The notes: generated from the sequence alone by a model not told the origin. DNA of 64,000 nucleotides from Methanobacteriota archaeon (GCA_963720465.1 OY970393.1:1312001-1376000); one strand, 5' to 3'. Counted from the first letter of the stretch, positions 41,151 through 52,351 are shown. Translations and numbers: made by a program.

Positions 41151-42230
41151 GTGTTGAATGAAGGCCACGGCAATCAGAAGCTCAGCCGAGTCGGTGCGCG
41201 GATCAAGTCTCGCGTAGATCAAGCGAGCGATGCTGCTGACGGAGAGAGGGTGGGTTCTTCCCAGTTCACTCCCGCACTATTCTACGCGAAAGACCACAAC
41301 GACTATGCGCAAGCACTTGCACTCAAGCGAGCTTTAATCGAAAAGCACAACGGGAAAGCGCTCGAAGAGGTGACTCCTGGAACCGAACTCGTCACTGATC
41401 GCGGGACGTGTTACCGCGTAGACACGGAAGAGAGGGTAAGCATACATACGGTACCTCCAGAGAGAGCCAAAGAGAGCCTATTAGCAGATTTTAAGCTCCT
41501 CCACGGCGTTAGAGAGACTACCGAGCGCGCCTTGAAGGGGCGTGGCTACCGCAGCATCGCTGATCTCGTCGAGGACGACCGCTTTGGCGCCCAGGCTCTC
41601 AGCTTCTTAAAGCTTGTCGAAACGCGCGACACGGGTGAATTGATCGAATGGGTTGGAAGAAGGTTTCCGAGATCCGATCCGCTCGCACTGCACGCCTCAG
41701 GCTTTCATACGCCAGACCAGTTGCTTTTTGTGGATCTCGAGACGCTAGGGCTCTTCTCCAGCCCAATCATAATCATAGGAGTTGCTGAGGCGGTCGACGA
41801 GACCCTGACCGTCCGCCAGTACGTTTCAAGAAACGTAGGCGAAGAACCGGCGGCACTGGCAGCGCTGCTTTCGCACGTTAACTCAAGCACTGCTCTTGTA
41901 ACGTTCAACGGGAGGGCTTTTGACGTCCCTTTCCTTGAGCAGCGCCTCGCTTACTACCGGATCCACGGCAATTTACAGAGGGCTCACTTCGATATGCTCC
42001 ATTTCGCGCGGCGAAGGTGGCGAGGACTGACTCCTGACTTCAAGCTGGCCTCGTTGGAAAAACACGTGATAGGCGCTCGTCAATCAGATATTCCTAGCGC
42101 GCTAGTGCCGGAGTTCTATGAGACCTATCTACGCACTCAGAACGCCGGACCGTTAGTCGCGATTATCGACCATAACAGACAGGATCTAATCGCGCTGGCG
42201 CACATTTTCTCCAAGATTTGTGAGGGGTAA
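41151..42230 (+). CDS. YprB/MrfB-like RNase H-fold exonuclease
   Basis: LFVDLETLGL, VTFNGRAFDVPFL, HFDML, HNRQDL. Confidence 0.88.
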   Translation: MLNEGHGNQKLSRVGARIKSRVDQASDAADGERVGSSQFTPALFYAKDHNDYAQALALKRALIEKHNGKALEEVTPGTELVTDRGTCYRVDTEERVSIHTVPPERAKESLLADFKLLHGVRETTERALKGRGYRSIADLVEDDRFGAQALSFLKLVETRDTGELIEWVGRRFPRSDPLALHASGFHTPDQLLFVDLETLGLFSSPIIIIGVAEAVDETLTVRQYVSRNVGEEPAALAALLSHVNSSTALVTFNGRAFDVPFLEQRLAYYRIHGNLQRAHFDMLHFARRRWRGLTPDFKLASLEKHVIGARQSDIPSALVPEFYETYLRTQNAGPLVAIIDHNRQDLIALAHIFSKICEG

Positions 42231-42274
42231 GTATATCTGTCGAGACGGTTCTGCGAATCCTGCAAAGCGACCGA

Positions 42275-44503
42275 ATGTTCAGCCGGAAGGTTGCACACAC
42301 CGAAGTGTTGTCTGCCCGAGAACCGATCTTCGCTGTAACGGCGGAAGAGATCGCGCCAAACGTCCACGCTTTCCTGCGCAAAAAGGGTATTCGGCTGTAC
42401 CGTCACCAAATCGAAGCGCGTGCTGCGTTGCGCGAAGGCAAAGACATAATTATCGCAACCGCCACCGCTTCTGGCAAGACGCTCGCGTTCAACGTTCCAA
42501 TTTTTGAGGAGCTCGACCGCGAGCATAACGCGACTGCGCTCTACGTCTATCCAACGAAAGCGCTCTCGAATGATCAGCTGAAGGTACTTCAAGAGCTCGA
42601 GCTGATTAGCGCCGTTCGTGTCAATCCGAGCGTTTATGACGGGGATACGCCCTCGCATAAGCGGCCAAAGATTCGAAAGAGTGCGAGGATCGTGATCAGT
42701 AACCCGTACGAACTGCATCACGTCTTACCTTGGCACTACAAATGGCAACGATTTCTGGCGAACTTGAAGTTCATTGTCATTGACGAGGCACACGTGTATC
42801 GTGGGGTCTTTGGATCGAACGTCGCCCTTTTGATAAGGCGCCTACAACGACTCTGCTCGTATTACGGATCCGAGCCGCAGTTTGTCATCTCCACCGCGAC
42901 CCTTGCAAATCCGATCGAATTTGGCGAGAAGCTCACCGGAAGAACCTTCACCCTCATATCTGAAGATGGATCCCCAAGAGGGCGCAAATATTTCGTCCTG
43001 TATAACCCGTACGCTGACGGCATAGGGAAACGGTCCGCCCATCAGGAAGCCAAAGACTTGTTCCTACTCTTTATCCGCAACCAGCTGCAGACACTCTGTT
43101 TCGCACCGTCGCGAAAGATGGCAGAACTCATTGCCCTTTGGGCAAAAAATGAGGCGAAAGAATCGACACCGTTGCTCGCCGACCGGATTGCAGCCTATCG
43201 GGCCGGCTACTTGCCGTCGACACGGCGGCGGATCGAAGAACACTTAAGAAGCGGGCGCTTGGCAGGCGTAACGTCTACGAATGCACTGGAGCTCGGCATT
43301 GACATCGGTAGCTTAGACGCTGTCATCATGGCAGGGTATCCCGGCACGATCATTTCGACGTGGCAACAAGCGGGGAGAGCGGGCCGGGGGCAGGACGAGT
43401 CGCTCGCAACCCTGGTCGGATTTCACGACCCGCTCGACCAGTACTTTATGAAGCATCCTGGCGCGCTGTTCGGAGGGTCGCACGAGCACGCCATTATCGA
43501 TCTATCGAACGAGTATATTGTCCTCGGACACGTTATGTGCGCGGCTGCCGAGTTGCCGCTTCGCCTACCTCACGACGCAGCGTACTTTCCCGCTCTCCTC
43601 TCAGAATCGCTTGAGGAGCTGCAGCGCCAAGGCTTGGCCAAAGACACTCCAAATGGGTGGGTGTACTCAGGCAGGGGCAGGGCCACAGAGGCGGTCCCTC
43701 TGAACGCGCTCTCCCCCCAGACATTCAAAGTTCTCTACGAGGGGCGGCTCCTCGAAACACTCGACAAGACCCGCGCATACCGAGAGGCTCACGCGGGGGC
43801 GGTGCTGCTTCACGAAGGTGAGACCTACGTCGTCGAGCAGCTCGACTTGACCAACCGCGTTATTTCCGTGAGCAAGAAGAACGTAGACTACTACACAGTT
43901 CCGATGAAAACCGTTGATCTTCGGATCGTCAAAGAGCTCGAAAAAAGGCCTCAAGGTGCGCTCGTGGTATCATTCGGCATCGTCGAAGTCGTTGAGCAGT
44001 ACGTCGGATACAAGACGCTCCGGTACGATCAAACCGTGGGAATCGAGAGCCTTGATTTGCCGCCGCTCCGCTTCACCACGACGGCGCTGTGGTTCAGAGT
44101 CCCGGAAGATGCGGTCACACAGGTGGAAAATGAGGGACTCGACATCGGCGGCGGTCTGCACGGCGCAGAGCACGCGCTGATCGCCATGATGCCGCTGCAC
44201 GTTATGTGCGATAGGTGGGACATCGGTGGCGTTTCGACCACGTGCCATCCAGATACCGCTGCTCCAACGATCTTCATCTATGACGGTTTTGAGGGCGGAA
44301 TCGGCCTAGCCGAAAAAGCCGTAGAGCTGATTGCCGAAATTGTCACCGTCACCCGCGAGCTTGTCACAGGGTGCTCCTGTGACGTCGGATGCCCGGCGTG
44401 TATCTACTCCCCGAAATGCGGAAATGACAATAAGCCACTCGACAAGCAGGCCGCAATCGTCGTGCTGGAACAGCTTGCGAATATGGTGTCCCCCTATCTC
44501 TAA
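42275..44503 (+). CDS. DEAH-box helicase with DUF1998 (MrfA/Hrq1-like)
   Basis: LYRHQ, TASGKT, YPTKAL, DEAH, TNALELGIDIG, QQAGRAGR, C-terminal CSCDVGCPAC..SPKCGN. Confidence 0.93.
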   Translation: MFSRKVAHTEVLSAREPIFAVTAEEIAPNVHAFLRKKGIRLYRHQIEARAALREGKDIIIATATASGKTLAFNVPIFEELDREHNATALYVYPTKALSNDQLKVLQELELISAVRVNPSVYDGDTPSHKRPKIRKSARIVISNPYELHHVLPWHYKWQRFLANLKFIVIDEAHVYRGVFGSNVALLIRRLQRLCSYYGSEPQFVISTATLANPIEFGEKLTGRTFTLISEDGSPRGRKYFVLYNPYADGIGKRSAHQEAKDLFLLFIRNQLQTLCFAPSRKMAELIALWAKNEAKESTPLLADRIAAYRAGYLPSTRRRIEEHLRSGRLAGVTSTNALELGIDIGSLDAVIMAGYPGTIISTWQQAGRAGRGQDESLATLVGFHDPLDQYFMKHPGALFGGSHEHAIIDLSNEYIVLGHVMCAAAELPLRLPHDAAYFPALLSESLEELQRQGLAKDTPNGWVYSGRGRATEAVPLNALSPQTFKVLYEGRLLETLDKTRAYREAHAGAVLLHEGETYVVEQLDLTNRVISVSKKNVDYYTVPMKTVDLRIVKELEKRPQGALVVSFGIVEVVEQYVGYKTLRYDQTVGIESLDLPPLRFTTTALWFRVPEDAVTQVENEGLDIGGGLHGAEHALIAMMPLHVMCDRWDIGGVSTTCHPDTAAPTIFIYDGFEGGIGLAEKAVELIAEIVTVTRELVTGCSCDVGCPACIYSPKCGNDNKPLDKQAAIVVLEQLANMVSPYL

Positions 44504-44745
44504 TAGATAAGCTGAACTGTCCTCTGGCGTTCGACTCAAAGCAGCTCTTGTCGCATCTGGGTCTTGCTGATCGCGTTGCAGTTACCGCGTATTCTGGTCA
44601 ACTCTGAGGGAGGCAAGCGCCGGGCAGATAGGAAGATACCTAATCGTGCGTTGCGCACTCTTGTGCCAAGCGTGCAAGCTACAAACAGTTAATACGATGC
44701 AAAACAGATCGGGTGCGTTGTCTTACCGTGGGATGTGCTGAAATC

Positions 44746-45468
44746 GTGCCATTCGAGGTTATTCCCGCTATTGACATTAAGGATGGTCGCTGTGTTCAAC
44801 TTGTCGGAGGGGTACCGGATGACGTCCTCGTTTCACTCGAGGACCCGCTTGCTGTCGCAGAACACTGGATTACCAGTGGCGCTGACCACCTTCACGTCAT
44901 CGATCTTGACGGTGCATTCGGGAAGCCGCGGAATCTGAAGCTTATCTATAAGCTAGCAAAACTCGACGCGTTTATCGAGGTAGGCGGCGGGATTCGCACA
45001 TATGAAGACGTCGCTGATTTACTTCAGGTCGGCGCAAACAGGGTGATTCTTGGCACCGCCGCTGTACGAGATCCGACCATTGTCCACAATATGAGTCGCG
45101 AGTTTGGCAGCGAGGCCATTATGGTGGCCGTTGACGCGCGAGGCGGTGAGGTCCTCATTGAAGGATGGACCCGAAGCTCCGGCTTGAGGCCGCAGGAGCT
45201 TGGCCTGCTCTTTCAAGAGCTAGGCGCAGGTTCACTGCTCTTTACGGACGTGGAAACAGAGGGGAGGATGAGTGGAGTACGGAGCGACGTCATACGCGCT
45301 CTCGTCGAATACGTTGACATCCCCGTCATCGCGTCGGGCGGCATCGGCGTTCTGGGTGACATCAGAGCGATTGCTCGGACGGGGGCAGCCGGCGTTGTGA
45401 TCGGCTCCGCAATATACACCGGTAAGTTCACGCTCAACGAAGCGTTTAACATCGTGAGTGACCTCTAG
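44746..45468 (+). CDS. hisA: ProFAR isomerase
   Basis: VIPAIDIKDGRCVQL, LHVIDLDGA, EVGGGIR, PVIASGG. Confidence 0.95.
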   Translation: MPFEVIPAIDIKDGRCVQLVGGVPDDVLVSLEDPLAVAEHWITSGADHLHVIDLDGAFGKPRNLKLIYKLAKLDAFIEVGGGIRTYEDVADLLQVGANRVILGTAAVRDPTIVHNMSREFGSEAIMVAVDARGGEVLIEGWTRSSGLRPQELGLLFQELGAGSLLFTDVETEGRMSGVRSDVIRALVEYVDIPVIASGGIGVLGDIRAIARTGAAGVVIGSAIYTGKFTLNEAFNIVSDL

Positions 45469-45473
45469 AATGT

Positions 45474-46046
45474 ATGATCGATATGCGCAGGGCTGACGTC
45501 GCGAGAACAACCAAAGAGACCAAGATCGACCTTCATCTTGATCTCGATGACGCTTCGGAGAGAGCCATTGACACCGGCGTGCCATTTTTTACGCACGTGC
45601 TAGAGGCGCTATCCCTACACGGCGGCATAGGGGTACGCCTTACTGTGCTAAGCGACGGAAATCCGCATCACGTCGTCGAGGATGTCGGCATCGCGCTCGG
45701 AATGGCTCTTAAAAGTGTGATCACGAACATAGAGGGCATCAAAAGGTTCGGAAGTGCCTCTATTCCCATGGACGATTCGCTCGCGACCATCGCCGTCGAT
45801 GCTGCTGGACGGAGCTACCTGGTGTTTAATACCACGATCTCCTCAGGCGTCGACGGCATCGATGCCAGCCTGGTGAAACACTTCATCCAATCGCTCGCTT
45901 CTCACGCTATGCTTACGATTCACGTGAACGCGTACGGCACGGATGACCATCACACGATAGAGGCTATTTTCAAAGCGCTGGGCATCGCTCTTAGTGATGC
46001 GCTGCAGCCCAGAGAGGGAGTGCGGAGCACAAAGGGGATGCTATAG
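45474..46046 (+). CDS. hisB: Imidazoleglycerol-phosphate dehydratase
   Basis: RTTKET, HHVVEDVGI, IPMDDSL, DHHTIEAIFKA, STKG. Confidence 0.95.
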   Translation: MIDMRRADVARTTKETKIDLHLDLDDASERAIDTGVPFFTHVLEALSLHGGIGVRLTVLSDGNPHHVVEDVGIALGMALKSVITNIEGIKRFGSASIPMDDSLATIAVDAAGRSYLVFNTTISSGVDGIDASLVKHFIQSLASHAMLTIHVNAYGTDDHHTIEAIFKALGIALSDALQPREGVRSTKGML

Positions 46047-46169
46047 GCTGTTTCGTTCGCAACTCGCTCGAAAGGCGGCATCGTCGCTCGTGATCTCGAA
46101 GCGCGGGCCCGGTCACGCAGATCGGCGCACCACTCGAATGGTCCTCAGTTTTCAGAGGGGTCGGGGCCT

Positions 46170-46388
46170 CTACGCCTTTGAAGACGTACAGTAGGAGTAC
46201 CACTCTTTCCATTCCTCTTGTGCGTCCCAAAAAGGGCATTCGAACATAGGAGAGGTCCATTGCTTGAGGCGCGCACAATAGTACTTCGGCTCAGCGGCGG
46301 CATCGAACTTCGTCTGATGGCGGCACAGCGAACATCGACGGAGTGGAATGCAGCCTGTGTCAAAGCGTTGCCAATCAATTTCGGTCAT
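46170..46388 (-). CDS. Small Cys-rich (Zn-binding) hypothetical protein
   Basis: MTEIDWQRF..CSLCRH..YYC..FECPFW. Confidence 0.55.
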   Translation of the reverse strand: MTEIDWQRFDTGCIPLRRCSLCRHQTKFDAAAEPKYYCARLKQWTSPMFECPFWDAQEEWKEWYSYCTSSKA

Positions 46389-47447
46389 GCTATCCCTTTT
46401 CGTCGTGGTGAGCGCAAAACAAAATTGCGTAAAACTGCTGCGACTTAGCCGACTGCTCGAGCGAATCTTGCGTGATACGACGATGGATAGTGACATAACG
46501 TTTGCGACTGCTTTCCAAAGAACATGCTTCTGCTTTTTTAGCGCCCTGCAGAGCCGGTTTGCAAGGAAAAAGCCTTGAAAAAGCATTCGCGAGATCGCAT
46601 GAGCTCGGCAAACTCATCTCGCCGTCAAATAACGGCGACGATCCTAAGAATTATTCTCAATATGTTGAAAAAAATACCACGACGGATAAACAAGGCAATT
46701 ATCCCATTGTGGACAGCTTCGAGGCCAGTGTCGCTAGTACGCGACGATAATTGGAGGCGATGCAAACAACACCGCGCAGAGCTACAATCTGTCTATCAAC
46801 GGTCCCATCGCAGAGTATGATCAGATCATTCGAGACATCAACACGCTCAATGTCAACATCACTAAGCTCTTTGCAGCGAATATCAAGCTCACTGACAAGA
46901 TCTTCCTCCTAACCCTAAGCACTACGGTAGGACTCGATGTAAACCTCGGCGGCTACCAAGCCGCAACGATGCAGCTTAAAAATGTGATTGTCCCACGAAT
47001 AGGGGGCTGCGCAAATGGCGCTACGCTGCACCCCAACGACGCGGTCAACACGCGTGTCCGGCACAAGGACAGGTTTTTTCCGGTGGCGAACACGCTAGCC
47101 AACAATGCTGCTTCTTGTCTGGGAATGACGGCCGGATATAATCAGCCCAGGCAGACAACTTCTGCCAAGTCTTCGTGCTAGGCGTCCTGATCCTTTTTCT
47201 CAAGTAAAGGCTAGGTGACTGCTCTAGCTAAAATCTGCTAAGAGTGGAAGCTGACGGGTTACGAGGGTTCCCTGCAGAAGCTTTATCAACTCCAACCTGC
47301 CGCGATTAACACGTTAGGCCAGCAACCGGTTGACACAGGACAAAATGAATAAAGCCGTTAAGCGAGATGATGAGCGAATCTATCGTCAGATGCAGCTCGA
47401 CACGGCGGACCCAAAGGCATAAGTCCAACCGCTACGTATTCCCGCCT

Positions 47448-48308
47448 ATGCAGCAGGCGTTAATTGAAAAGCTTGAAGCGTTCGGCCTCAGCGCGAAAGA
47501 GGCTCACCTGTACGCATTATTGCTGAAGTACGGTCCGAAAACGACAGGGGAGCTCGCCAAACTGCTGCACAGCTATAGAGTCGACGTCTATCGGATCCTT
47601 GAAACGCTCGCAGAAAAAGGGATGGTTGAAGAGTCGGTCGAGAAGCCAACAAAATACGCGGCGGTTTCAATCGAACCGGCGCTCGAAGCCGCTATGATGC
47701 GCCACGCGTATGAGCTTCGCTGGATGGAAGAGAATCGGGATGAAGTGTTAAAGCTCGCAAACGAGTACTTGTCCAGTGACGTCCTCGCGAACGACCTTTA
47801 TACGTTCAAAGTGATAAAAGGCCGTTCTAACACGCTCGCCGCCATGGAGCAGCTAGTTAAGACCGCAGAAGAACGCGTCTTATTCATTTCGTCACTTGGC
47901 GGCATTCCAGTGCTCTCTACGAGCGGGCTACTCGAGAATTTCATCGACGCGACACATAGAGGCGTTCGCGTGCGATACATCGCCGAAATCTTACTACGTA
48001 ACATCGATTCGGTGCGAGAGGCTCTTGAAGGGGGGATCGAGGTCCGCCACCACGACGACTACGCGGGGATGCGCTTTCTGGTCGCCGACGCTCACGAAAG
48101 TCTGACGACCATAACGTTTGATGCGCTCCGCCACGGAAAGGACGCAGCTGATACCGCTTTCTGGACGAATAGCCCCGAATATGCACAATATCTCGAGGCT
48201 AGCTTCGAGCTCCTGTGGGACAACTCCACCGACGCCCAGCAACGCATTGACTACGTGCTCGCGGATACGCAAAAGGCCCGGCCACACGCAGCCAAAAATA
48301 GCCCTTAG
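47448..48308 (+). CDS. TrmB family transcriptional regulator
   Basis: FGLSAKEAHLY, VYRILETLAEKGMV, PTKY, and a C-terminal PLD-like effector domain. Confidence 0.9.
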   Translation: MQQALIEKLEAFGLSAKEAHLYALLLKYGPKTTGELAKLLHSYRVDVYRILETLAEKGMVEESVEKPTKYAAVSIEPALEAAMMRHAYELRWMEENRDEVLKLANEYLSSDVLANDLYTFKVIKGRSNTLAAMEQLVKTAEERVLFISSLGGIPVLSTSGLLENFIDATHRGVRVRYIAEILLRNIDSVREALEGGIEVRHHDDYAGMRFLVADAHESLTTITFDALRHGKDAADTAFWTNSPEYAQYLEASFELLWDNSTDAQQRIDYVLADTQKARPHAAKNSP

Positions 48309-48408
48309 CTCGCGTGCGCGCTGATAAGTCAAGTTCGAAGCGTTTTTATAGGTATAAGGTTCACCATCCGTTGAGGGCCGAGCGATCGTTTTTGCGGTGT
48401 GATGTCTT

Positions 48409-49689
48409 ATGAAAAGAGCACACATACATACGTGCATACTTATCTTCGTAGTCACCGCGCTTATCGCAGCCTTTATTGCCGCGCCGATCGCAGCGACGAC
48501 CATGGTTTCTCTTAACGAGAAGCAGGTTAATGCGGGAGGTGCAGTGCTGATACAGGCCAATCTCGGTAAGGTAGGAGATACGTCAAAGATCGAGTACTAC
48601 TACGACTACGAGAAAAAAGGCATCGACGATGACCCTGGGAGTGTGTGGACGACCATAGCAGTCGTCAAAGACGGTGGCCAGAACAACCTTATTCCAGGAC
48701 CGAGCGGCCAAATCGAATACCGCTGGGTGCCCCCGGCCAGTCTCACTCCGGGCCAGTACTTGATTCGGGTGACCGACTCAGATAATTCCACCCCAATCGT
48801 CGCGCCAATCGAACTCACCAATCCGACGACGCCGCAGATTTCGTTCCTCGTCAACGGCACTGCCACCGATCGCGTCAGTCCCGGAGGATTCGTTCAGGTT
48901 TCGGCAGACGTCCTCAACAACTGCGCGCTTTGCCATAGCGGCGACCCGTCGACGTGGAATGCCTCGAACCCCGGTTTCGATCAACAGAAGATGGCAGCGC
49001 ACATAACGGCGGACTTGAGTGGCCTCACCGGCAATCCAAACGACACCGCGGTACCTGCTGAGATGATGCTCGGGCACGGCGTGGTAGGGTGGAATGTGCA
49101 GCTATCCCCAAACGTACCCGAAGGCACTGTAGGCCAGGTCTATATCCAAGTAACCCAGGCGAATTTAACGATTTCCAGTCACAACGCTACAGCAGAGACA
49201 AATGCCACGACTAACGCGACTGCCAATACCACAAGCAATGCGACAAACATTTTGAACGAAACCAACCGCACGGAGAGCAACACCACGCTTACCATCACGG
49301 CGATCTCGGCGCCCGCCTACCAAAATGACACCGTCTCGGTCAATGTTACGGTGCTGAATCGAGGCGCCGACACCGCAAATTCAACGTACCTCGTCTTCCC
49401 AGACCTGCCAAAAGACATCAGCGTTGATAACGGAGGCGCCCTTGACATCGCACCCAATTCAACTGCGGTCTTCTCGGTGAACATCACCGCCTTAACTGGC
49501 GCTTCAGGCAACTACGACCTTAGCTTCCACGCGATCAGCGGGAACCTCACGAGCGAGAACGAAACCATCCCCATCCAAATCGGCAACGTCGCCGCATCTA
49601 ACAGCGGAAACCCACTACCCGGCTTCGATGCCGCCTTCGCTGTCGCCGGACTGATAGTCGCCGCTTACGTCGTAACCAGAAGGCGTTAG
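48409..49689 (+). CDS. PGF-CTERM surface glycoprotein with Ig/CARDB-like domains and one CXXCH motif
   Basis: Signal peptide, CALCH at 48922-48936, many NxT/S sequons, LPGF-TM-RRR terminus. Confidence 0.85.
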   Translation: MKRAHIHTCILIFVVTALIAAFIAAPIAATTMVSLNEKQVNAGGAVLIQANLGKVGDTSKIEYYYDYEKKGIDDDPGSVWTTIAVVKDGGQNNLIPGPSGQIEYRWVPPASLTPGQYLIRVTDSDNSTPIVAPIELTNPTTPQISFLVNGTATDRVSPGGFVQVSADVLNNCALCHSGDPSTWNASNPGFDQQKMAAHITADLSGLTGNPNDTAVPAEMMLGHGVVGWNVQLSPNVPEGTVGQVYIQVTQANLTISSHNATAETNATTNATANTTSNATNILNETNRTESNTTLTITAISAPAYQNDTVSVNVTVLNRGADTANSTYLVFPDLPKDISVDNGGALDIAPNSTAVFSVNITALTGASGNYDLSFHAISGNLTSENETIPIQIGNVAASNSGNPLPGFDAAFAVAGLIVAAYVVTRRR

Positions 49690-49746
49690 CCGTCGCACGT
49701 TCCCCAAAGGGTGTGTATATATACGCCCCGATGCTATCTTTGAATA

Positions 49747-50180
49747 TGCAAACCGGCCAGGTCTTTGACGATATCGAAGCCGTCATCATGGCGGTGAACG
49801 AAACCCCCGAGTATCGAGAAGAGATCATAGACGGGTTCATCGACCAGACGCTGGGCCGGCGAAAGCGCCGATTTGCGATGTGGCGCACGACGGCAATTCT
49901 TCTTGCTGTCGGCATTCTTGGAACGCTGTTTATCGACCGACTCATATCATTCCCGTTGAGTGTCTTTGCTCTCACCTTCCTATGGATCACGATCGTTGCC
50001 ACCTACGGGACCACCCGAATGATCGCGATCCTCGAGCGTCACGTTGCGCGCTTCGCGTTGATGTGGCTGCTCACGCGGACCGCCTTGCGGCGAGGTATGT
50101 CCGGGGGCATTCTTACGTTACTGACGCTCTCTGTTGCAAAAACGTGGCTTAAGCGATTCCTCAGCCGGTATTTGGGCTAA
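49747..50180 (+). CDS. Hypothetical membrane protein
   Basis: Acidic N-terminus followed by 2-3 TM helices. Confidence 0.6.
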
Positions 50181-50321
50181 ACGCGTGTTGGCCGCTGCCG
50201 TCCGAACCGCCGTAAGACTTTGAATTACGTGCGCGCGCCACGAATCTGCAAACCGTCGGCGGGTATAGTGCTGCCCGTCCTAATTGCTGGACTGTCGCTG
50301 GAGTTGAAAAGCGGCACCGGG

Positions 50322-51110
50322 CTACCGTCGTACAGCCTCGTCGACGTCGTAACCTTCGTGCACCACGCGTGCGATTTTTCTCACTAAGCTGGTCGGATCC
50401 TTCGCTTGAAATATGTTCCTGCCTATCGCGACGCCACGCCCCCCTGCGTCGATCGAGTCTCTGACCATCTGCAGCAGCTCCTGCTCAGTGTCCATTTGCG
50501 GCCCGCCCGCGACCACGACCGGCACGGGACATCCGGCGATGACTTCTTTAAAGGTGTCGATCTCGCCTGTATAGTTCGTCTTGACGATATCGGCCCCCAG
50601 TTCCGCGCCAACGCGCGCAGCGAGTTTCACGGGCTCGACATCGTGCTCATCTTCGACCTTGTCGCCTCGCGGATACATCATCGCAAGCAGAGGCATGCCC
50701 CAGTAGTCGCACCGTTCCGAAATGTGTCCAAGTGTAGCGAGCATTTCGGATTCATTCTGCGCCCCAACGTTCACGTGAACGCTGACGGCGTCCGCGCCAA
50801 ATTTGATGGCCTCTTCAACGGTCTTTACGAGCACCTTGCGGTTTGGATCGGGAGCAAGCGATGTGCTCGCTGAAAGATGCATTATCAGCCCGACGTCGCG
50901 ACCATAGCCTCTGTGACCGTGTTTTGCCAGGCCGATATGCCCAAGCACGGCATTGGCCCCGCCCTCGGCGACCCTGTTGACGGCGATGCGGAGATCTTCG
51001 AGACCTCTGATGGGGCCGACGCTGACGCCGTGGTCCATCGGCACGATGATGGTATTGCTCGTGTCCCGGTTGAAAATACGCTCAAGGCGAACTGACTTAC
51101 CGATGTACAT
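50322..51110 (-). CDS. aroA': 2-amino-3,7-dideoxy-D-threo-hept-6-ulosonate synthase (class I aldolase), paralogue 1
   Basis: [55 protein letters not shown]. Confidence 0.9.
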   Translation of the reverse strand: MYIGKSVRLERIFNRDTSNTIIVPMDHGVSVGPIRGLEDLRIAVNRVAEGGANAVLGHIGLAKHGHRGYGRDVGLIMHLSASTSLAPDPNRKVLVKTVEEAIKFGADAVSVHVNVGAQNESEMLATLGHISERCDYWGMPLLAMMYPRGDKVEDEHDVEPVKLAARVGAELGADIVKTNYTGEIDTFKEVIAGCPVPVVVAGGPQMDTEQELLQMVRDSIDAGGRGVAIGRNIFQAKDPTSLVRKIARVVHEGYDVDEAVRR

Positions 51111-51322
51111 ATAGCCGAAATTACAGCGCGAGGGTTATAAGGTTATGTGCCGTTTTTCAAAGCGGGCTGCTACCGAAGATCAAGCCCGACGCAGCGTAAA
51201 CTGGCCGCTTAAGCGCTTGAACAATTATTCAGAGACGAGGTACCGCTCGCTCCGAGTTATTTCGCCACGCTCTCGGCGAGGCTTCATTGATGTCGTGAGC
51301 TTTAAACGCATGGGGTTCATAG

Positions 51323-51523
51323 ATGCTACTCGCCCATATCCCGCGCTGCTTTCAGTGCGCTCACCGGTGCCCGAACTCAAGAACCACGTGCGAAGCGTTT
51401 CCCAACGGGATTCCCGCGGATATCCGCTACGGTGAACACGATCATCGCGACCCTTATCCTGGAGATGGCGGAATACAGTTCAAGAAACGGGCACCTGCAC
51501 GCACTCGATCTTTGGCAGCCTAA
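51323..51523 (+). CDS. Small Cys/His protein of a phage-associated type
   Basis: [37 protein letters not shown]. Confidence 0.7.
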   Translation: MLLAHIPRCFQCAHRCPNSRTTCEAFPNGIPADIRYGEHDHRDPYPGDGGIQFKKRAPARTRSLAA

Positions 51524-51751
51524 ATACGTCATCCGAAGCGCCCCCCAATTGCACAACGCGGTTGCGCAGCGCTAGGAAGCAGAAGACAACGATCCGCGCC
51601 AACGCTGATAACGCAACCACAGTAAGGAGATTTCGAGGCGCGATAAAGCGTTTGAGCAGGAGCATTCGCCTGCAAAAGTGTATTAACATTTTTCCTTGCG
51701 AAGTTATTTGAGCTTTGGAATGAATAATAGACGAATAACAGAGGCAAGGCT

Positions 51752-52108
51752 ATGCCACGGCATCTTGACGACTTGCGATGTAAGCAAGACCAGTTTATCC
51801 ACACGCTGTATTCAGTAACGGAGGGCGACACCCGCACCTGCGGAGACGTTCGCACGATCAGACGCAAACTGGGCTTTGATCGCCACACGTGCGCATCTAT
51901 AGTCAGCTATTTTCTAAGCAAGGGAATTATCGAGCAGCGCCACGAGTCGCTTTCCCACCTCGTGAAGTTGACCTCAAGGGGCATCGACTTTGTAGAGGTA
52001 ACGTTTTCTGCCGTTACCCACGTGTTTGAAACGACGTTGAACGATTGCGCCGATGGTGCTGCGTGCGTGTTCGAAGGTTCAATTCGCCCGCGCCGAAAGA
52101 GCCACTGA
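51752..52108 (+). CDS. Winged-helix protein
   Basis: FIHTLY..LGFD..IVSYFLSKGII..LTSRGIDFVE. Confidence 0.7.
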   Translation: MPRHLDDLRCKQDQFIHTLYSVTEGDTRTCGDVRTIRRKLGFDRHTCASIVSYFLSKGIIEQRHESLSHLVKLTSRGIDFVEVTFSAVTHVFETTLNDCADGAACVFEGSIRPRRKSH

Positions 52109-52351
52109 GAAAAACTGCACGAAGCGGTTTGGATGGAAGCGACTGCTTGAACGCAGAAGCACCAGCATAGTTAGGCTTCAAGCGTTAGCAAGTGTCGTTA
52201 GCTGCGAAGCTGCAGCAGGCAGTACAAGTTACTCTCAGCGACTCTTACCCATATTCCGCCTGACGGCGAACGTGGCATTCACTGCGGCGCGACGTGACGC
52301 ACACATAATGCCACCTGAGCGCACACAAATGACGGGTGGAGGGACAAACAT

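Noticed and set aside
41151-44503. Nuclease + DUF1998 helicase as a novel defence system
   Set aside because: Matches the known MrfAB-type repair pair; no DISARM or Druantia partner genes adjacent.
46500-47200. Overlapping short ORFs between the Cys-rich gene and trmB
   Set aside because: Looks like a multiply broken gene, but no family could be recognised, so it was not annotated.
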